Source of the DNA: the human T2T-CHM13v2.0 reference genome, Homo sapiens
DNA length: 64,000 nucleotides
Strand: one strand, 5' to 3'
Assembly: GCF_009914755.1 (NCBI RefSeq)
Contig: NC_060925.1
Below are positions 31,167 to 45,370 of the stretch, piece by piece. Under the pieces are notes generated by a model. That model had not been told where the DNA came from. It was given only the letters and a program-made list of their open reading frames with translations, and did not search any database. The translations under genes were made by a program, and so were the position numbers. The first letter of the stretch is position 1, and every line of letters starts with the position of its first letter.

Positions 31167-32843
31167 TAAAATCACTAAGAGCATAAGATAGCCAAACAAC
31201 ACAATAAATCAATAAGAGCTAATTGGCATATGTAGACCATCCTATCCAACAACAGCAGCATGTGTGTTTTTAAAATCATCAATGGAACAAAGATAAATTA
31301 TATTGTAAATCATAACACCAACCTCATTTATAATATAAAATTATAAAAAAAGAAATTATACAGAGTGTATTTGTGATCATGGTGGAATCAAACTAGAAAT
31401 TAATAAAAGGAACTTCTAAACACGTGAAAACTACATAGCTCACTTTTAAATGACTATGGGTTAAATACAATGTCTCTAAGACAATAAAAAACATAAAACA
31501 ATGGAATCATAACTACAACATAACAAAATCATAACTGAGAAGAAAATTCATATCACTGAATGCTCACATTAGAAAAGACAAGATGTCCCAAATCAGTTAA
31601 TTTTTTTTATCAATAAGCCACACAAAAAGAACACGATAAACTCAAACAACAAAAGAAGGGAATAGTAAATATAAGAGTAGAAATGAATTAAGCTGAAAAC
31701 AGCATACACAGAGAAAATCAATAAAACAAAAAGCTGGTTCTTTGAAAAAATCAATAAAAATGATAAAACTCTTACAGAGCTAAAAGGATCTAAAACACAA
31801 ATCATCAATATCAGGAGTGAAATGGGAGATACCTGCTAAAAGAATAATAATGAATACTAATGGGACACTATGAACACATTTAGTTTTATAAATTGGACAA
31901 CTTAGAAGATATTGATGAAATCTGTGAACCACTATCTCCTATATACAATGATCTCTATCTGAATAATCCTATAAAAACTAAAACCAATTACTTTGAGATT
32001 TAAAATCTTCTGAAAAAGAAATCTGAAAGCCATATGGTTTCGCTGAAAATTTCTATCAATTATTTAAATAAAGATGAGCACTAATCTTACACAAGCTCTT
32101 CAAGAAAATAGAATAGGAGGGGACACATCCAAACTTACTTGGGGGGACCCAGATACAAAAATTAAGCAAAGATAATACACACATAAAATAAACTACAGAC
32201 TAGTATCACACAGGACCTCATATGTAAACAAAACTCAAAAATTAAAAAAACTAAAAGAAAAAATTGAAGAAATAAAATATCTGCAAAAATTATGAGTAAA
32301 CTGAATCCAATAGTGTATAAAAAAACTATATATCAATAGACCATTACCAAGTGATATTTATTTCTGGCATTCAAGGCTGGTTCAATCGTTGAAAATCAGT
32401 GTAATACAACATATGAACAAGGTACAGATGAAAAATCATGTGATCATAAAAAATGATTCACAAAAATTATTTGACAATATCCAATACCCATTCATAAAAA
32501 AACAGCAGAAAGTTAGGAATAAGGAGAATTTTTCTCAGTTTCATAAAGAATATCCTAAGGAATCAAGTATTTAGTCTACATTTAATAAACCATGTACAGG
32601 ATCTATATGCTGAAATTACCAAATGCTAATTAAAGAAATAACAGAAACCTAAATAAACTGGAGAGAATTCTGTTTTCATAGATTATAATACAAAATATAG
32701 TAAAGTCTATTGTCCACAAATTGATCTGTAGGTTTAATGCAATTGACATACAAATTCCAGCAAGGAATTTTGTTGACATAAACATGATTATTCTAAAATT
32801 TATATAGAAAGGCACTATCCTTAGAATAGGTAAAATAATATTA

Positions 32844-33317
<474 letters not shown>

Positions 33318-33645
33318 CTAATTTTTGACAAAGATACAGAAGCCATTCAATGGAGAAAACGGAAAACATAACCTTTTCAACAAATAAAGTCAAGCAATTG
33401 GACAAACGTCAAAATGACGACACTTGACATAAAACTTATACCTTATATAAAATTTAACTCAAATGGGTCACAGACTTAAATATAAAACTTAAAATTACAA
33501 TACTTTTTTAAAAAACATAGGGGAAAATATTAGTGATGTAGGGCTCGGTAAAGAGGTTTTAGACTTGACACTGACAGCATTACACATTAAAACATGTTAA
33601 ATTATACCTCATCAAAATTAAAAACCTTTTGGCCTGGTGAAAGCC

Positions 33646-33970
33646 TGTATAATAGCATTATCTGGAGAAACAGAACCAATTGTGTGTGTGTCTGTGTACA
33701 CACACATATATATATATGAGTGATTGACCCACACAATTATGGCAGCTAAGAAGTTCCATAATCTTCCAGTCTGCCACGTGCAAGCTGCAAGCCCAAGAAA
33801 GCTGGTGGTGTGCTGGTTCTGGTCCAATCCCGAAGGCCTGTGCACCATGGGAACTAACAGTATAAGCTCCAGTTCAAATCTGAAGGTCTGAGAACATGTA
33901 ACACCCGATGTCTGAGGGTAAGGGAAGATGGATATTCTACCTCAAGTGGAAAGCAAATTCACTTCTTCCA
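33646..33970 (-). mobile_element. MLT2 (ERVL) LTR fragment
   Basis: GAGAAACAGAACCAAT...ATTATGG..GCTAAGAAGTTCCA...GAAGGTCTGAGAAC. Confidence 0.8.
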
Positions 33971-33971
33971 C

Positions 33972-34159
33972 TATGAGAGGATGCAGCAATAAGATGGCTA
34001 TATATAAACCAGAAAGTGGGTCCTCCACAGACACTGAACCTTCCAGTACCTTGATCTTGGATTTCCCAGCCTCTAAAACTGTAAGAAATAAACTTCTGCT
34101 GTTTATAAGCCACCAATTCCATAGTATTTTTGTTATAGCAGTCTGAACACACTAAGACA
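33972..34159 (+). mobile_element. MLT1A-like LTR 3' half
   Basis: ACCTTGATCTTGGATTTCCCAGCCTC...AATAAAC...CTAAGACA. Confidence 0.85.
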
Positions 34160-34559
34160 GCTCTTATAAGGAGAATGAAAGTACAAGATACAGATTGGAA
34201 AGATACTTGCAAACCACATATCCAACAAAATAGTACTATCTATAAAATAGAAAGAACTCGAAAAATTCAACAGGGCAAAACAAACTATCTCTAATAAATA
34301 GGTAAAGACATGAAGAGATTATTCAAGAAGATATACAAATGGAAAATAAGCACATGAAAATATCTTCAACATCATTAGCGATCAGGTAAACATAAATTGA
34401 AATGATATAGTACACACCTATCAGAATGGCATATTTTACAATCATTGCCACCAATATCTTACCCTTTCTTCTGGCAGGGATCATGTTTTCTTATGATTTT
34501 TTTCCTTAATACAATTTAATAGTAAGCTAATAAATACCTGTTGTATGACTGAGTTAAGT

Positions 34560-35035
34560 AATAGTAAAAATATAGTAAAAAATAGTAGTAAATATAGTAA
34601 ATTAGTAAATATAGTAAAAAATATAGTAAATATAGTATATTTATAGACTATATATTTATATATTTAGTGTATTTGTATACTATATATTTATATAGTTAGT
34701 ATATTTGTATACTATATATTTATATATTTAGTATATTTGTATACTATATATTTATATATTTAGAATATTTGTATACTATATATTTATATATTTAGTATAT
34801 TTGTATACTATATATTTAGTATATTTGTATACTATATATTTATATATTTAGTATATTTGTATACTATATATTTATATATTTAGTATATTTATATACTATA
34901 TACTTATATATTTAGTATATTTATATACTATATACTTATATATTTAGTATATTTATATACTACATATTTGTATAGTATAAAAATAGTAGTAATATAGTAA
35001 AAAAAGTAAGAATAAATAGTAAAAAACTAGTAAAT
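34560..35035. repeat. AT-rich minisatellite; 32-bp unit TATATATTTATATATTTAGTATATTTGTATAC, about 10 copies (34649-34960), with (ATAGTAAA)-like flanks
   Basis: Units read directly. Confidence 0.95.
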
Positions 35036-35097
35036 TCTATAATTGTCACACTAGAGTAACAGTTGTTCTAATACATTAAAAATACATAGGAAAGTGA

Positions 35098-35484
<387 letters not shown>

Positions 35485-35519
35485 TATTTTCCTTTCTTTA
35501 TACATTTTCCTGGTCTACG

Positions 35520-35720
35520 CACTCCACCATCTTGGAGCGTGACATCCAGGCCTGGCAGAGTATGATGATTTACTAGGACCCTGGGCTGCTGAAATCATCA
35601 AGAACCAATCCAGCCTAATTTGCCTACTCTGACTCTTATAAGAGTGATAACTATGTTTATGTCTTATATAAGCCACTTTTATTTTCAGTCACTCCTAGCC
35701 AAACCTATTTCTAACCAATA
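35520..35720 (+). mobile_element. Old MLT1 (J/K-like) LTR fragment
   Basis: TAAGCCACTTTT...TAGCCAAAC..TTCTAACCAATA 3' end pattern. Confidence 0.45.
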
Positions 35721-35983
35721 TCCTGGGCCACAAAAATAGAACTGGATTTGCCTTTGAAAGATGAATGAAAGGTAGTACCTGTATTAGTTCAGAAACTCAT
35801 ACTTGAGAATATTTTAGGAGATGAATTTTATTCTTGAATATTTATAGAACTTCCATGCTCCAGATTCCCTGTGAAACAGGAAGTAGAATAAATTCAGTCT
35901 TACATCTTTTGTAAATAGTAACTACTATTAATTTGGGTAAAAAATTGAATGGCACATCTTCCACTGATTAAAAATAATATCTC

Positions 35984-36288
<305 letters not shown>

Positions 36289-36425
36289 TTAATTTGTAGA
36301 CAAGTTCAGTTTTCTGCATAACTTAGACATGATAACATTAAATTTAAAAAGTGATCTTGCCTATTATACTTAAATTCTAACAGATTATGTGTTTAAAATC
36401 ACACAAACAGAAATAAATAACAAAA

Positions 36426-36523
36426 CAGAGACAAAATGTGCAAAACTTGAATAAAAAGAAAGCAGAGACAAAATGTGCAAAACTTGAATAAAAAGAAAGC
36501 AGAGACAAAATGTGCAAAACTTG
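36426..36523. repeat. 37-bp tandem repeat, about 2.6 identical copies
   Basis: CAGAGACAAAATGTGCAAAACTTGAATAAAAAGAAAG. Confidence 0.95.
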
Positions 36524-38231
36524 CAGAACTAGAAAGGTAAAAAATTTAAATTCTTAAAGAATGCTAGCGTGTAATTGAAATCAGGCTTCATTAACTCTAA
36601 TTAGGCTTCCTGCACACATACCTAAATTTCATTGCATCAGGCTTCACAGGTAGGTATACTTTGGAGTAAATGCCTATTCAAAGTTTCCTGACACAACAGT
36701 TTAAATTTTAAGTAGTCTAATATATTCTATTTTATTGAAATCTCTCAACAGTGTACTTCGATGTCCTAGAATATTTATCTTCACAAAATATGCATGATTC
36801 ACAAAGGCTTAGAAATCCAAAAGCTACAGTTTGCTTTATCATATATTTGTGTTATATTTCCCCTCTTACACAGTCAAAGAAACTATGAATAGTTGGTCAA
36901 TTTTAATGGTGAAATAGGTGATGTCATGATTAATTTTGATTATGCAATATACCGGAACCACCATTACCAAAAGTGTCAAGTTTTCTTTGCACAGCCTTAT
37001 TGTTTATTCCATTCTAGTTGCTATTGAAGTTGTTTGTCTGCCTCATTATAGTATAAACTGCCTGAGGATAAAAGAATGACTCCCTCGTTTTTTTGTTTGT
37101 TTTGTTTTTGGTTTTTTAAATTCCTACAGCTCTTTGACCACTGCTCTACACAATAAATGCTAAATTGAACCAACTTTTTTCTAAGGTAGGAATGACTCTA
37201 AAAATGTAAAAACAAAAACCTCAGATTGAATAATTTGCAAAGTTTATTTAAGCATAGTTTATTACTGAGCCCTGCCAGTCCTGCTCACTTCTTTTTAGTA
37301 AAGGTGGCCAAAAATGCAGGTCATAGGGGCTAATGTTGAGCTGGTACAGGTGGGTGTGGGGGTACCAGATGTTTATAAGTCATCTTTAACTTTGTGACCC
37401 ATCAATATCCAAGTTGTGGCAGCTGATCAGCATTAGAATATCACCTCTCTAGTTTATTCCACAAAATCCAACAGGGCAATGAAGAACTGCAAACTGGAAA
37501 AGGTTAACTTCAATTGAGGGTTAGACCAGTATTTTTACATGGAACGCTTCTAAACAGATGTTACTTGGTTAGAAGACAAATAAACAAATAACATCATAAA
37601 AATGGCTTAAGTAACCATGTGTGCCTTTTTGGTCCCAAAGCCAAGGTGGCGCATGAGTCTCTGCTGTGTATTCTCCCGAATTCAAATATAGAGGCATGGA
37701 GAGAAAGCTGTGCCAGGCATTAGCAGCAATTTTATTGTGGAATGAACATGGAGGAGACATGTTTTCTGTTATGTTTCAGCATGGCACTTTACATTTCTAA
37801 AGGAAAAAAGAATTCGTAAAGTAGAAGAAATCAGCTAATGAATAATTTTAAATTTTAGCACGGAAACAGAGACACTGAGGCTAATCTGCAGTTAATTTCA
37901 GCATAAATCATGGTGAAACACACCCTGGTGAACCATATCAAAGAGGGATTGGAAGATGAAACAAAACTGTTAAAAGGTCAAAGAAGATGTGGCAGAAAGG
38001 ACCTGCCCCCAATAGTTGATTATTCCACCAACTCCTTTGTGAGGACGAAATAGAGTTAATACCAGAACTATATTTTAGTACTCATAAATTCTATGTGATT
38101 GTGTATGTAAGTACCTTAATAAGACGTAAAATGAGATTATTCTAGCCTCAGTTTTAGCCTAAGCGCTGAGATAATAGTTTCTAACAGGTTTCATATTCCA
38201 GAATAAGTTTGAATGAATTTGCTAAGAAAGG

Positions 38232-38552
38232 TGTGGTGGACAGAGTAACAGCACACCCCAAAGGTATTCACATCCTAATACCTAGAACCTGCAAATACAT
38301 TATGTTACATAGCAAGAGGAATTACGATTGCAGATGGAATTAATATTTCTTATCTGCTAACTTTAAGATAGGTATATTACCCTGGATTATCCATGTGGAC
38401 ACAATGCAACCACAAGGATCCTTAAAAGTGGCAGCAAAAGGCAGGTGAGTCAGTGTTAAAGTAATGCAATGTGTAAAAGACTCAACCGGCCATTGCCAGC
38501 TTTGCCAATGGAAGGGGACTATGAGTCAAGGAATACGGGAAACCTCTAGAAG
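38232..38552 (+). mobile_element. MLT1D-like LTR (5' part)
   Basis: TGTGGTGGACAG...CACATCCTAAT..CTAGAACCTG...TTGCAGATGGAATTAA...CCTGGATTATCC. Confidence 0.85.
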
Positions 38553-41500
38553 GTAATTTGGGAAAGGAACCATAGGAAATGAATATAGCAGTCACTAAGG
38601 ATTAGTTTTGTTTCTCTGAGTTAGCCACTTACCTGAAGCCTATAACATATCTACAGCTTGTTGCAGAAGAATGTTGCAGATATCTAAAAATGGTGGTGGA
38701 AGATTAGAGGACTGTTTAGAGAGTTGCTTGTCTTCTAGCCCAACACTAGTGAGAAAGGGTTCAAAGAAACCTTTCAGGGAATATAATATGTGCCCTCTGG
38801 ATTTGGGGGACAAATGAACTGTTGTAAGAATCCTCTATGAAAACAAATTAGAAAGGAATTGCTAGTACCAGAAGCTGTTTATATTAAAAGCCTGCAATTC
38901 TACCAATACATGTAGTCAAATATTCAAGAGTTCTCTAAGAACAAATATACAAGCCATGGCAGTAATGTCATCACTGGGAAGCTTTGAAAGTAATTTTCAT
39001 TCAAAGCCCTTGTCAGTGGAGAAGTTACCTGAGCAATACATGATGGAGGTATACCTTTGGATGCAGAAAGCAGAGGTGCATTAGAAACCAGTCACACAGA
39101 AGCACTGCCTCCATCATGGGCATCATGTCAATGGGGCCACTGAAGAATTCATAGAAGATCCCTCAACAAAACGGGTCAATTTCAAACATATGCTACTGCC
39201 AAAGGAAATCAATGCTGGATTGCTTTGGTGCTGTTTAAGTCAGTTCTTTCCTGTCCCTTCATTTCTTCATTCTCCTTAGCTCCAACTCTAACTCTGGAGA
39301 GAATTTGTTTAATGGTACGATGCTTGTTTCCTATGTCTCTCAGTCCAAATGGTATAAAGGAGCTTCAACATACAGCTCTAATGTTTACAACAGGGTTGAA
39401 GAGAGCAGACACATAAAGCCTAGTATTTCATAAACAAACCTTGAATTTTGGTAGATGTTTTATTTAAGTGCCCCTCCCTAGCCCCATCACTTCTGCCCAG
39501 GTAATAGGGTTTTATTCACAGTATGGCTGCTTCTACTGGAACATTAGGGAGTGGGTAGGAGATAAGATCCCAGGAGGTGATGACAGAGACTAAAGAAAAG
39601 GACAAGGGGATCTAAACACAAGAAATTAGATGACCTGCCTAATGAATATTTGGGCATTCACACAAGCCTGCCTACTGTCAAACAAGAAATTATCTTCGTA
39701 CTTAGAAGAAAGAGAATCAAGCATAAGGGTATCAGGCTCATTTGTCAAGGGAAGAAACAGAGTGATTGCAGATCCCAAACTATAATTTTCCCAAAGACTA
39801 ACTTGATACTAAAGTAATTTAAATTTAGTTAATTAAATTTCACAGGAAAAAAAAAGGCAATAGATGTGTTCTACGTGCATGCATGCACACAAACACTGAT
39901 GTCCAAGACAGTTTCTGAAGTAATGAGAGAAGTGTTGATTCTAGAATCAAGGTAATCCTTTAATTAAAAATGGCCCATTTCGTTTCAAATTTGTAAAGCA
40001 AATGAACAGGTGGTGAAATGTCAGTGACCTTCTTTTAGTATGTCCTCATTACTTTGTTGCTTTCTGACTCTTAACAACTAAATTTGAAGTATTATCAAGA
40101 TGAAGTGGCTTTTTGGCAACGTTCAAAGGATTGGTTTTCAATTCTGGCTGATAATGCCAGCTCCCAATATGAGACTTTTATTTCTTTCAGTTAATTCCTT
40201 GTGTAATACACCTACTCACAGTTTTCATCTAATGCTCAAATCCAATTTCTTTTAAGAAACATCAGAATTATCTAAATCAGCACAAACATTTTCAAGTGAA
40301 ATAAAATAAGCCATCAGAGGGATGATATTTTCAGAAAGTTTTTTGTTGTTGTTCAGATTCAAATTGAAATAAAAACTGTTTTGGGAACATAAGCTAGAAA
40401 TTGAACTTTTTTTTCTTAACATCAGAAATATTTGAAACAGATTCTGTAGGCAAGACAATTGGTTTGATTTGAAAAGCCAGTATTTTTTTTTTTAAAGAGA
40501 CATGAAACAGATACTATGTTTTGAAGTAATGATTATATTTATTAACAGCTCTTTTTGTCAGTATATGCTTTTGAGTCTAGATTTCTTATACAGAACAAGT
40601 AAAAAATGAGTGTTTTGTCCTGTTAGCAGCATGATATTTTTTCATTAATAGATCAGAAAAGCTCAGAAATTTGTCATTAGCAACTATTTCCACTTGTAGT
40701 TTATAGCTCATCTGAAGGTTTTGGCTTTGTTTCTGTCTTCTTGTTGAGTGATGTTTTCTGGATTATTGTTTTTCAAAAAACAGCATGCTGCAGATTCGTC
40801 TGAGATTCCTGTTTTGTACTGATTCCTGGGCTCTGTCTCAAGTGCCACAGACTACAGTGTTAGAATTCATGAGGCTGAAACCCAGAGGTGAATTTTAATA
40901 AACTTTCCAGGTGACTTTTTTAGTAGTAAATTTTGAAAAGCCCTGTACTAATAAATAAAATCTGAATTGTAAATTGTCATAAACTTGCAGTTTCTGTGGA
41001 AACAGGCTCAGTTTAATCTGTTGTATTTTACTAATAAGTGGTAATCATCTAATTTAATTCAAGATCTCATTTATAAAAGGAATTGATTATTCTGCCCTCA
41101 CAGTAATACTAATCTATCTGTAAGAAATTGGAGTATTGGGCATTTTTCTTTGAGAAGTGAATTGAATATGCATAGGTCAATCTTTATTGGGAAATAGCCT
41201 CAAATTATTACTCTAGCAATTTCCTGAGTATCCATATTTCAACAGTTCTGTAAAAAGAAAATGTGTTAAATATGTCACATCTTTTGGAGTTGTCCCCAGG
41301 TCAAAATAAAGCTAACTAGAAAATTAATGCCCACAAGAAAATCAACAGACAGCCTACCCCATTACCCTGAAATGCTGAAAGGAATCAAGGTGGTTGTCCA
41401 GGTCATTTTTCATTCCAGTGTGTGACCTTCCGCTCAGAATGTTTTTAATCTGGCTAAGCATGAAATCTTTTCATCCCTGAAGGTCATCTTTTCTATTTGC

Positions 41501-41724
41501 AGATGGCTCAAATCATTGCAATGTTATTCTGTATGGTGAGCTACAGCTTTCCTCTTTTTAGCTTCTGCCTACTAGAATAATTTTCAAACTCCAAAAAAAA
41601 TACACAGCAAACCTAGCATTTATTTGATATGATAACTTTTTAAATCTTTCATTAGAAATATGTTCTCTTGGGCTTTCTCTCCAAACACACGAAGATATCT
41701 TTTTCAACTGCTCTGATTATAGTA

Positions 41725-41871
41725 TTTTTTGTTGTTTTTTGTTTGTTTATGTTTAGAGACAGGGTCTGACAATGTTGCCGAGGCTGGTCTCAAACTCCTG
41801 GGCTCTAGTGGTCCTCCTGCCTCAGCCTTCCACATAGCTGGGTCTATAGGTGCATGCCACCATGCCCAGCC
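41725..41871 (-). mobile_element. FLAM_A/FAM free Alu monomer
   Basis: Single 7SL-derived monomer with T-rich tail. Confidence 0.85.
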
Positions 41872-42687
41872 AGATCATAACTTTAAAACCTTTTCTATAC
41901 TTGGTCACTTTGTGCCAATTTCAGTTATTCCTCTTTGAAGCATATTTCACTGAAAATATTGTTTTCCTTATAAGATAAAGAATGTTGTATTTGTTGTATC
42001 ATTTATTCTGGAATTTATACTTTGGTTAAGACAATCTAAGATAGGACTGTTATTCATTTATTTTGTTTTTAAAAGTTGTTGTCATTTGTTTTATTTTCTT
42101 GGAAGTCATATCACATTATTATTAACTTATTTTTGGTTTTTAGGCAAAGAAATTCCAAATGATTTTGCTTTTCGGTACTGATACTTCATTGTATATTGGT
42201 ATAGTTGATGTGATGGATTTATTGAAATGGTAAATGTATCTCATCAGTGTAGCCCCATTCTCCTTGCAAAATCCACTCATTCTGTGAATATTCATGATAG
42301 TATTTTGTATCTGTCACTGAGGGAGGCATGTTATAGATAAGAAAGAAACAATTACAAACTTTGACTCACACTAAATTGAGGAGATAGAACCTCATGTGGT
42401 ATAAAACCATGAAAAAAGAAGAAACAATGTCGTACGTCATGTAGTAGACTTGTAAGAAGATTCCACTGGGAAAACAATGAGGGAACATTTAATGGATTGA
42501 GGAAACAAGGAAGAATTTTGAAGAGACTTCAAGTTTCAGAAGACAGAACGCAAAATAGAATTTTATTTCATTGAATTATATTATTTTGTTTGTTGGTTTG
42601 TTTTTGGTCTTCTCAACTAACTTTCCTTGCCTAATTAGGGAGAAACTTGTACACCAACAAAATTAATGTAATGCAAAAGGGTTTCTT

Positions 42688-42984
<297 letters not shown>

Positions 42985-43999
42985 GTGCAAAGGGGTTTCT
43001 TATAAAGCAAAGGAAAATATAGTTTTAAGAGAATTTGAAAAAGTGATGAAATTTAAATAAAGCAGTGCTTTTGGTTTTGGTCCTTAAATAAAACATTGTT
43101 TCACTAGGCTCAGTGCAAAGTAGGTCTCTCTAAAAGAGTAAACACCAGATCTAGACTGCAAAGTGAACTTAGGACCCTATTTCCTTGAAAACTACCACAA
43201 AATTAAGATAGATGTGGAATATTGTGTGCAGGAATCCCTTATCGAAAGCTGTGTATCTGGGTTGACGATCAAGGCAGCTTCTCTGTGTCAAAGCATGTTA
43301 GATCCTCTAGTCCTCCACAGTTTCTGATAGTCCACAATTTTAGATAACAAAGCTATTCGGTAACCAAACAAGAAATTATCACTCAAAGAAGGAATTATGA
43401 CACTTTACAACTGACAACTGTAGTGTGTATTTGGGAGGAACATTGTTTCCTATCAATTTTGCCACGGGTTTGTGTTTGTCAGGTATCCTGGCTTGATACA
43501 CGGCTGGGCAGAACTTTATTTTCTGAGTCTGAGCAAATGTTTACTCTTTCACAATATACTTCTAATTCCTCATACACTATGATGGCTCTAAGCACCCTGT
43601 TATCTCAGACTTTCTTGATTTTGCATCAACTTTCATCGTTTGTCATTGTGAACTCCACTTCATCTTCCTGGTGTTGGTTGAAGATTTCCCCTTCTGTAAG
43701 CCCTTTCTGCACTCTCTTCCCCCTCTCATTTGATGGCTTCCTCCTTGGTATTTTGAATGTGCCACATGTGCTGGTTATTCTCCTTTCAGTCTCCAGATTC
43801 ATTCTCATCTCTCTCATCCTTGCTGTGTATTGTAAGAACAAGTTTGGTGGTGGTGAACATTAAATGTAGGTTCCAGGCATGAGCAAAATTGAATTGATGT
43901 CACTTTCTAATTATATGATGGCACATTATCTTTTCTATATTGGGTACACAACTTTTTAGTTGAAACTAATTAAGGGCATAAATACTGAGTGATATAATC

Positions 44000-44770
<771 letters not shown>

Positions 44771-45169
44771 CCCAATTTAGCACCAATAATTGTTAGCATA
44801 AATAACAATAGCACTATGTTATTGATCTCACTGATAGCTATCTATTTCCACAAGTGTTTTAAAGACTTGATTATGTGAATAGGATATTATTATCTGTACA
44901 AAGGGTTTGGCATATTGCGAGAACTGAAGTATTATTGCAAGGACTAAAGAACTAAAATATTATTGAAGAAATGACTAACTGAATGAAAAAATAAATGAAG
45001 TAGCCTCAACAGGTTTATGAAAGACATTACTAAAATATGGAGTATAAGCCATGGCAAAAACTGTGAAGAATGTCATTACAAATACTACAATAGATGACTA
45101 CTATCTGTTTTGGTCTGGTTATTCAATCAGTTATTGGTTTATCATCTAGCTGCTAGATCCTAGCATGTG

Positions 45170-45370
45170 TTTTTGAATGTGATTTTCAAGGCTCTCATGA
45201 GAGACATTATAAAGTAATACATGTATTACAAGGTATTAGGTTCACTAGGACATGAAGTTAGTCTGGTATGATTTTCTTTTGGTGAATGTTCTTATCACTG
45301 ATAAATTACTCTAAGAACAATGCCCTAGATTGCAGGCAAATTCATTTGTTAGTGCTTTCCAGAATCTACC
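45170..45370 (-). mobile_element. Possible L3/CR1 fragment
   Basis: ATGAAGTTAGTCTGGTATGATTTTCTTTTGGTGAA resembles antisense CR1 RT. Confidence 0.45.

Noticed and set aside
36426-36523. CRISPR-like direct repeats
   Set aside because: Spacers are identical; a simple tandem repeat in eukaryotic DNA
42144-42229. Possible plus-strand exon after TTTTTAG
   Set aside because: Weak donors and unrecognisable peptide
43423-43863. 146-aa plus ORF and 71-aa minus ORF in purine-skewed sequence
   Set aside because: No recognisable domain, non-ATG starts, no convincing splice sites; origin unresolved, possibly an ancient repeat
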